Both the position numbers and the translations under genes were made by a program. This document shows positions 54,954-64,000 of a stretch of DNA of 64,000 nucleotides, one piece after another. The notes beneath the pieces are model-generated. The model searched no databases. It saw only the letters and a list, made by a program, of their open reading frames with translations, and was not told where the DNA came from. The stretch comes from Paragordius varius (lineage: Eukaryota; Animalia; Nematomorpha): the NCBI GenBank assembly GCA_964247055.1, contig OZ176052.1, forward strand, positions 5,828,001-5,892,000, read 5' to 3'. The number at the start of each line of letters is the position of its first letter. Within the stretch, counting starts at the first letter, position 1.

Positions 54954-55873
54954 ATGTCGAATTTCGTGCCTGTAAAGGAACATTTGCGGCACGGATTGCC
55001 ATCAGAAGAAAAAGGTTGTTGATAGGTATCGTTGCGGGCAGAAACATATGGTGAGCATGCTCTATCGGACACATGGTTTCAGAATATTAAGTGATGTGAT
55101 TTAATGTAAAAGAGTGGGCGTTCTGGTAGGCCACATATTGCGAAGACGCTAAAGTTTAAAGTTAATGATTACTCTGCGCAAACCTGGCATGGCAGAAGCA
55201 TTACATGTATCATAACAATCAATAAATATCCACCAAATGTAAATACCAATAAACTCGATTCCAATCAAAAATCGCAAAGTGACTTGTGAAATTCTGCTTC
55301 AACGTCACGGAAAGATATTATTTTCGGAGCGAATTGGCGGGTGATGAGTAATGGCTTTTTGGAAAGCTAAAGCATAAAAATCGTGGCTTTAATTTAACCA
55401 TGCCGTTCCAGTCACAACAAAGCCAAATCGCTTCAGCATAAAAGCCATGCCCTGTGTCTTGTGGGAGCACAGCGGTATTGTATAAAGTTATGAAATCCTG
55501 TAAATTGTACACAACACTATTGCTAACAAATACCTAACTAAAACCATGCATTAATTGAAAAAACTGGACTAAGCCAGAAACCAAGGCAAAACTTTCGCTT
55601 CATGACAATGCTTCGTGTTGCACTGCAAAATTAAAAAAAACATGTCGCTTCGATGGTAATTTTTTCCCAACTGAAATAGATGTGACGTAACACCATCTAC
55701 AACCATCAATGGGGCACACCCTCGCAAAGCAGCATGTCAATATTATAGAAGACGTTGGAAAAAGGTTTGACAAATGGTTTTCCGCAAAAGTCAATCATTT
55801 TTTCTGGTCCGGCATTCATATATTACCTGAGAGATAAGCGAAATTAGAAGCCGATGTACTATGTTTTGAATAA
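54954..55873 (+). pseudogene. mariner transposase pseudogene, Mos1/mauritiana-like
   Basis: Collinear motifs matching Mos1 as I recall it: MSNFVP, NRKVTCEILLQRH, GDE*W, PNRFSIKAMPCVLW, LHDNA, DVTPS (for DLAPS), SMGHTLA, FDKWFSAK..FFWSGIHILPER, terminal FE*. Many indels and stops. Probable left TIR near 54796 (TACCAGG...); right TIR not convincingly seen. Confidence 0.9.
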
Positions 55874-57324
55874 AATAATAATTTCTTTAATTATATTGGT
55901 ATTTACCAAAATGTCGGTTAAAATGATGAATGCACTAATGTATGAATTTTTGAGATTTAATGTTATTATTTGAAAAAAGAGGACTTTAAATTCCCGCCTA
56001 GTGAATATATGACCCATTTTAGTCATAGATTTATTTGCTACTATCTTATTAGGGTTAGAAATGTTAAGCCACAATATTTTGAGAATCGGCTAGAAACCAA
56101 AAATAAACACGGCTGCATTTTTTTAATTTTTTTTAGATTTTTAATGTTTTTCTTAATATTGTTTTCCATCTTGTGCAAAAATCCTTAAATAATGTTTTTT
56201 TATTTAAAGAAATGGATAAATTATTGTGGCTTTATGGTTAGTTTGTTTCGAATATATAATTACACCAAAAAGAAGCGATTAATATATGACCAAAAAACGA
56301 TGGAATATAAACCATAGTTTACATCCAAAAATTTTTTTGTTCCCGCTCCAATCCTCGATTTTAATTGATGTAACATATTATTTTAAATAGTGAAAACTAA
56401 ATTTTAGGCTCCTTTAGAAATTGTGATGTCCATAGATAAATACATAAAAACTTAATTACACAGTATCTGAATTTTTAAAGGAATCCATAGTGTTTTGGTT
56501 AATATTTTGGCTAGTAAATAAAGGTTATATTTTAAAAAATTTATAAAAAAATATATAATATTTTGAAACTGGTTAGTTTATTATGTATGTGGTGACGCAG
56601 ATCAAGAGTGTGTAATTGTGAATCATAAATAAAAATTTATTCAGAGGAGAAGCGTTGTTTGCAAATAAAAAAAATTATAAATTAATATTTTTGCTAATCT
56701 TTTTTTTTCACACTGCAACTTCTTTGTGTGCTCAAAATGGACTTGACACTATGTGGAATATAAAAAATTGTCTTTCCCGTTCTGCTTTTTACCATTTTCA
56801 TCACATTAATAAAATAATAAATTAATAAAATATAATAAAATAAATTAATAAATTAAGGGGAAAAAATTATAGTTTACTTTAAAGTCATCTCAAATTTTTT
56901 TATCTCCTTACGACTAAAGGTTATTAGTAGTTAAATTCAACAAAAGCGAGAGCACATGAATAATATTTTATTTTATTCTATTCGTATAGAAATATAATTA
57001 AATTTTAAATGTATGGATGGATGTTTAGACAGGACATAACACTATCTGATATGGTTTGAATATTAATAGAATATGTTTGTGTCAGTTTCAGACACACAGA
57101 AACTCTCTCATTAATTTTTAAATTAATTTATTTAATTTAATTTAATTAAATTCGATTCCATTCAATTCTAAATATTAAATTTAAGATTTTAAGGACAAGT
57201 TTTAATTTATATATAAATTGTTAATAACTCATGTAAAATAAATAAATAAATTAAAAATTTACACGAGAAAAATTTTTTTGGAATTGAAATCAATTAAATA
57301 TAAATTACAATATGCATTATAATG

Positions 57325-57427
57325 AGTAGGGCAATTTGCAACACAGGAGTGTATGGAAAAAAAAGGAAATAATTGTTTTCAACATTTTGTTGTTTTTTCA
57401 CACTTCTGTGTTGCAAATTGCCCTACT
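57325..57427. repeat. Compact hairpin: 28-bp stem (22 perfect pairs, 1 G-U, 5 more pairs)
   Basis: AGTAGGGCAATTTGCAACACAG (57325-57346) is the exact reverse complement of 57406-57427. Confidence 0.9.
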
Positions 57428-57721
57428 ATAGTTTCTGACAAGCAACCATTAAAATGCAGATGTATGTGGAACGGAATCAATGACGGTTTTGTGCCTATGT
57501 TTCTAGATTCCAAGTATGAGAAGAGTCTGTTGCAAAAATATTAAGATATTTCTTAGCGCTTGTAACAATTGCTAGCAATGAAATTTTTAAAGGTATTAAA
57601 CATCTTTAAATTAATAATAACACATTGACAGTCAAAATAATATTTATGATTTTGGTAAAATGTCATTTCTCAACCGAGGTTTCAGATCCAATATTTAAAA
57701 ATGAATACTGAATTTTAAAAA

Positions 57722-57981
57722 CAGACCGGTGCTTGCATTTCTGGCGCCCGGTGCAAGAATCCGTGATGGCACCCCCTATCTCCATACAACCTGTTAAAAA
57801 ATAATTAAATTTAATCCATAGACATGACCACTCATAAATGGGTGATTTTCTGTATTATTTAAAATAATGACTTTTAAATACTGTTTTTTTGAAATAAAAT
57901 TTAAAAATTTTTATAATCCGGCGCCCTTTCAACTATGGTGCCTGGTGATTCAGCCATCCCCCTTCCCCAGCTACCCCTCTG
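57722..57981. mobile_element. Probable degenerate MITE
   Basis: GC-rich ends with GGCGCCC motifs; CAGACCGGTGC vs GCTACCCCTCTG are weakly inverted; AT-rich middle; no TSD match. Confidence 0.35.
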
Positions 57982-59244
57982 CATAAGAATCCTATATATT
58001 TTAATTTATTTCATCAATTGTATTTGAAATTAGTGTGTCCCCATTTTTTTAATTTTTTTATTCAGATTGATAAAATTAACACAATATACTAAATATTATT
58101 TTACATTTTTTTATTCTAATATTTCTTTATTGTAAAAGAATTTGTATAGAAACCCTTTTGACAGTAATAATGAATTTCTAAAATCACCCGAAATAAGGGA
58201 ACCCTAAACTAAACCAGTTACAATATTTGTGGGTCCCATTCTGAGCCGAGGGTTAATTTAATTCTATATGTTTAAACTGTTAAATACCAGGTTTTCGGTC
58301 ATTGAGTATTTTTGAAATCAATCATTCTATTAGTTTCTCATTTTTTTTAATATTTTGCCAATGCATTATTTAAAGCAAATTAAGTTAGGTATTGAATTAT
58401 TGCTCTACCCAACCGTCTGAATGTTGCTATGGACTAAGAAATTATTTTCGGAGTTTTGAGCGAAAAATTAAACCTTACTTTTGAATAGTGCTCGTAATTT
58501 AATACATTTATTTGATTTTAGCAAAATATCAATTTTTTACCTATATGAACCTTTATTTAATTATATCAATCAGACTAAGCCTTGTTAAAATGGTTACTGA
58601 TTAGACAATTCGATTTTGTGACTCCCTTTACGCTCAATCAAGTTTTCTCGCCATAATTTAAATAAATGATCAGGTCTTGTTTGCAGCATGCCTGAAAAAA
58701 TATGCATAATTTGGATTCATCAATATACACACAATACTGATTACATAAGGTTATTGTCACTATTGTTATTAACAATAATTGTGACAAATATTTTATGCAA
58801 AATTTACCATGGAAAATTAACCTTTTAACTTTGACGCGATCAGAGAAATGCAAAAAGCCTGTACCCCCACACACTTTTTATCCACTCTTTTAATGTTGTT
58901 GTTCCTATTGAATATGCACGCACGTCAAGCAATATAACCATAAAAATTTAATTAAATTTACTAGCAATTTATGTTTTTTTACCATAATAAAAATGTTTTT
59001 TTAGTATTTACTCGTTCAAAAATGAATGTTGCGTTTTGTATTCTTCATCAATTTTTTTTGACAAAATCAAAAGATTGTTTAATTAAGTTAGTTGTTAGGG
59101 AAAAAAGGACCATAATAAATTTATTTCGCATATAATTTGCTTAAAAGTATATCTCTCCAAGAAAGCACACAATTACATCTAAAGCCTTTTTAGGTTTAAA
59201 AACTGTATTCATTAATTAATAACATACAAATGAGGTCATCTAAC

Positions 59245-60390
59245 TCATACTAATACTTGTGATTTTGAAGCAGATAATTTTTTTATTGTAAAAAAAGTTG
59301 AAACCTTCATAAGCCAATATTTGGGTATCTGTCGTAAGTCGCTATCATTCCAAATCGGAAAAATTATTTTAATAAAACTTCTTTTTTTAATTACAATAGA
59401 TTTAAATATATGGTTGGCATTACGAATAACCGAAAACATTAAAAGCTCCAAATATGCTAAATTTCAAAGTTTACTTGGTTATTTAAAATAAAAAATTTAA
59501 TGTAACATAAAAACTAGCATTCCACCAAAATAACGAATTTGGTTTTAATTTGTTAAAAGATTCGAAATTTGGAGGACCGTTCCAAATATAACGAATTGGC
59601 TTCAAACAAATTTTGAAATCGATCAATCTAATGATCCGTACTGCACTTCTTACCGCTATGACTAATACCCATCCTTTAATTTTTGAAAACTGATACCTAA
59701 ATTTTGAATAGAACCTGCATATGTTCCGATACTTTATGTCCTGTTTTGACCGCAATTTTCATTTACAAATAAAAATTTATGTAACATTCGAAATAGCATT
59801 TACATAAAAAATTAAATATTATAAATTTGAACTATATTATATAATTTTTCTTTGCGTAAAACACTAAAACATTTATAAAGTTTCATAATATTGTTTGAAG
59901 TTTTGATAAAGTTTACTTTTAGTATCAACCGGTATTCTTAATACAGTATAGAGATATATTATTGGCTAGAAGATATCTGGGGTCTCAAAAAATACATTGC
60001 ATTTAATTAGAGTCGTTTATTAATTATAAAAGTTAAAGGTCCCATTGCAATGATGACAAATTTCAATGATACTCATTAGCAGAAAACCGAAAGCGTTTTT
60101 AATACCGGAACCCTGGCCATAGACTTCGGAAACCGTTTGGATTAAAACAATCCTTTATTAAAACCAAAGATTGTGATGTATTAATATTGTTTTATCGCCT
60201 TGAAGATTTTTGTTTATAATTTATGAAGGACTAATTTAATGAAAAAAATATGGCATAAATGTGAAAACTAAAGCGAACCGACTGTAGATGGTTTAATTCT
60301 TCTTTCAAGGATATAGAATTGAGGGTTGGGTCACTAAACCATTTCTAATGCCAGGAGAAATAGTCATGTCAACAGTAGGCTTACACAAAT
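59245..60390 (-). pseudogene. Possible degraded coding relic (unidentified, perhaps retroelement)
   Basis: Two adjacent supplied minus-strand ORFs (59483-59755, 59245-59451) with protein-like composition (RYIWNGPPNF, IFPIWND), plus further short open stretches to about 60390. No diagnostic motif. Confidence 0.25.
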
Positions 60391-60799
60391 AAATTAAATT
60401 TTAATTTTTGACATTTTTTTAACAGTGTCTTTTGAAAATCAATTATTTTCAAATGTATTATATGCAACATACCTATTATACCACAAAAAAATAAATTATA
60501 AAGATTTTTATATATATGAATAGTAATCTACTTTTTTTATATTAACACTTAGATTTTAGACTAACACTTTACCAAATTACTTGGACCTCTTAAAGTGTTT
60601 TGTAAAAAAACGCAGCATCAAACCTTCAAAAACCATAAAATTTTTAAAATAAAACTTATAAATTATTCTGGCAACCTAGTATGAGTTCCTTCTAATTTAA
60701 AGGTTAATCATATCAAATATATAAAACATAAATTTTTTAATAAATATTTTTATTAGAGTCTTTTAAAGCAATAATAATTTTTTAAACGTATTCCTAGCT

Positions 60800-61060
60800 C
60801 AGGGGTGTCCAACACAAGTGGTTTTGTGGGCCGCATTTTTGACACAAAAAATCTGGCTGGCCGCATCGAAATATATATGGGCATTCATGATTATTTTTTT
60901 AGATTCCAGAAATATAACTGTAAAATTAAATACCTATAACAATTTTTTCTCGTTAGTTACCAATTGGATAGACTTATTTAAATAATTTGTTTAAGAAATA
61001 TCAATTTTATTACGATTTCATGTTTAAATATTATCGCGGGCAGCGTGTTGGACGCCCCTG
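60800..61060 (+). mobile_element. hAT (Buster-type) MITE, family copy 6 (best preserved)
   Basis: TIRs CAGGGGTGTCCAACAC / GTGTTGGACGCCCCTG; 8-bp TSD TCCTAGCT (60792-60799) / TCTTAGCT (61061-61068), with central TA. Confidence 0.9.
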
Positions 61061-64000
61061 TCTTAGCTCCACGATTCTCCGACGCTAACTTTGGATTAAG
61101 ATTTTACGGATTTCATACATATTAGCTTGTAGGTTTATGTGAAACATTAATCAATTAAGGAAAATTCGAAGAACATTTTCAAAAATTAATTTTTATTTTA
61201 TTCCTCATACTATCAATAAAATAGCTTTTTGGTTAATGAAAAGATATTTCATAACAAATTTAAATTAAATATTGTAGGTAGAGACATGGAAAAAAAGTTC
61301 TTTATGCTAAAATTGATAAAATCAACCCAAAAAATAATTTTAAGCGTTTTAAAATTTAGGGTCAAAATATAACCATATATATAAAATTAGTTTTTTTACT
61401 ATATAAATAAAACTGCAAAGAGGTCTTCCGTGGTATCAATAAAAATTAGTAATAAAATTATTATACTAAACGTATGCGACAGAATTAATCTCTTGAGATA
61501 TCTTATCTATAAATGACGACACGACAATTTAAGAGGAGTTTAAACAAACAACATTTATAATAATTTTATTTTAGTTTAGTTTTCAAAAGGAGATTAATAA
61601 TTTTATATTTGACAAAGATTAATTTTTATAAAATAATCAATATATAAATTTATATATTAGTTCATGGCGAAAATAGAATAAAAATGGGTTTCATTGGATT
61701 CGTTTCGATTATGATTTATCACAAAATAGTTCCTAAAAATTATATCATTCCCCATTAATAAGAATAATTATTAACTATACTTGATATATAAATTCAAAAT
61801 TATGATATATTTCGGAAACATTACAGATTTTTCTTTTGGTATCCTTCTATCTATATAGGAAACACAAAAAAGATTTGAAATAAAGATAAAACTAACCACA
61901 GGTTTTTTCCATCAAATTATTGTTTTACAAGCGATTTTAAAATACATTGCCTGTTTTATTTTTGAAAACGAAATCAAAATTGCCGCTTTTTATGGCATTC
62001 TAGGGAATCCAAAATATGTAGCATCTATATATGGTAAATATATTTACAGATATATTTTGTTTAAACGATAACTAAAAAGGTTACTTATCATTTTCATTTT
62101 GATTGGTAACAGTATAATTTTATGAAATTTTATTCAATTAGATGGTACGATTTTTCTTAATGGTTTTTTAAAAAAAATTTTCAGATATCATATTAATAAA
62201 AATATACTCAAATATATCATTTGTGGGATAGATCACATTTAATCGCTTTTTTGAAATCAACATTTTGGTTTCAATTGACCCTAACTAAAATTTAAACAAT
62301 TGAGATTAAAAAGTAAATTTCCATTTTTTCAATGCCCACTAGGATTTACATTTGTATTTGCGCTAGAAATCCCCCGCCTATTTTTAATTAAGATCCTCTT
62401 ACGAATCGAAAGTGATTTGTTAGTAAGGAGAACATTTATATAAATTTTAAAAATAGACCAAGATAAATATATTTATTGTGGCAACAAATGTCAATTCCCA
62501 AATAAGTAAAATAAAAATACAATTATATCCGGTGGATAAAATATGTTTATTGATAAGTTAATGTAAAATAAACTATTATTATGATATTTAATGTTGTTGG
62601 GCAAATCTTTTTTTTACTTACAGTTTAGAGGAAAAATTCTAATATTATTTTTTTAGATCCGATTTGTTTGACTCAGCTACAATGATACGCTGCACATTTT
62701 TCAGAGGATATAAACACAAGATATGAAATAACCCGAGAGCTCTTGATCTTATTAATAGGGCATTTACTTGTTTTTTTATATGACTGGAATGCTTTTGAGC
62801 TAAATTAAATTTAATAATTTATACATTTTAGAAGTTAGTTGTATGATGTTAAAATTTAATCTTACAGAAAATCATGATTATCATTTGTAATACTGTTTGT
62901 CCTTTTTCAATTTCGCTGTATATAAATTAGCCATTTTTGAACGACGCACTTTGAAAACATATATATATTAATGGAATGAATAATTTTAAAGTTCTGAACT
63001 TCTTAAATTATTTTATTAATTTTATTTTTTCCCCTGTTTTAAAATATCTTATTACATATGTATTAAGATGACATGAAGAATGAATATTAATATCTCTACA
63101 TATATATTTCAGTGTTTTGATATCATGGCAGTTTTTTAATTTAACGATTTATTTGGTAGTTGGGACAAAAAACAAAATTAGAATTTTTATTTTTAAATTC
63201 AGAAAAAAGCTCGTGGTATATGTTGTATAAATTAATTTTTTTAGTATTGAATCAATTTTTTGATTTTCGAAAAAAATTCAAATAGTTCCATTACTATACT
63301 ATTAAAAGAAAAATCTTAAATATTAACAACGATATATATGTGGAATTTTCTGTAACTTTTTCTACTAAAATATATTCCTACATCATACTAATAGATTCTA
63401 AATTACTTGTGCTTTTTATATTCAGTTTTCATTTATTATTGGTATTTTTCGAGACTCAAAGTTTGTTTTAATTTAAAAATCAAGCGAAGAACTATTTAAG
63501 TTTTTTAAAAATTCACTATTCTAGACTCAATGTATTCTATAAAAAAAAATTAATTTAGAAAAGGCCAAAAAATATTTTCAAAAGAGTTTGGAATTTATTT
63601 TTCTTATCTCATGTTAAGCATATTTTGTTTAAAAATTAAATTAAAAAAACTAAAAATATTTTTGCAATTTTTTTAACATGTTTAACAAGAATATTTTTTT
63701 AGAATAATGATAATAAATTAAACAGGATCTATATTTAAAATTTTAAGTATCATTAATTTATTCCCTCCAAATAAATTTTGAAAATAATAAATAAAATTAG
63801 GATAGATTCACACATGTTGATTGTTAACCAAACCTTATGATTAAACCTAAATCTAAGGCCAATTAGCTACACAATTCTATATACATTAAATCTAGATGGT
63901 TTTCAAGTCAAGAATGGCAACCTTGCTAGTATTAACTGTGATTAAATTATTACATGGCGGTTTAAAGACTCTGAAAATAAAATTAGAACAGCTCCAAAAA

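Noticed and set aside
58150-58258. AGGG-TTAA piggyBac-like end (a similar TTAACCC end occurs near 340)
   Set aside because: No matching partner terminus was found in either case.
1-64000. tRNA, rRNA, CRISPR arrays, telomeric arrays and conserved miRNAs
   Set aside because: None seen: no cloverleaf with A and B boxes, no regularly spaced repeat-spacer array, and no match to conserved miRNA sequences I recall. A formal tRNAscan/Infernal run was not possible.

Overview
Very AT-rich eukaryotic (metazoan-like) DNA with no prokaryotic features. There is one intact protein-coding gene, on the + strand, with three exons (32683-34669, 34759-37563, 38153-40134). Both introns are phase-1 GT-AG and the joins are in frame, giving 2257 aa. 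The protein is N/S/T-rich with six widely spaced C2H2 fingers, three of them sharing an unusual CxxC-x-KE(F/L)CNKYFLKxH-x4-HG signature. The remaining ~56 kb is non-coding DNA with transposon debris: a dead hAT (Blackjack-like) transposase, a dead Mos1-like mariner, six copies of a Buster-type hAT MITE, one hAT MITE with a perfect 8-bp TSD, and two copies of a piggyBac-type MITE. The most unusual items are: (i) an inverted, deletion-riddled copy of the hAT transposase lying inside the element right behind the forward copy, a Mu-killer-like hairpin arrangement; (ii) a near-perfect 290-bp-arm foldback with a GC-rich 76-nt spacer at 25.8-26.4 kb; (iii) a degraded ~1-kb protein-like relic of unrecognised, possibly viral, origin at 20-21.8 kb, split by a MITE; and (iv) a compact 28-bp-stem hairpin at 57.3 kb. 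All alignments and translations were done by eye. No database search was possible, so family names are recollection-based and boundaries described as approximate are approximate.
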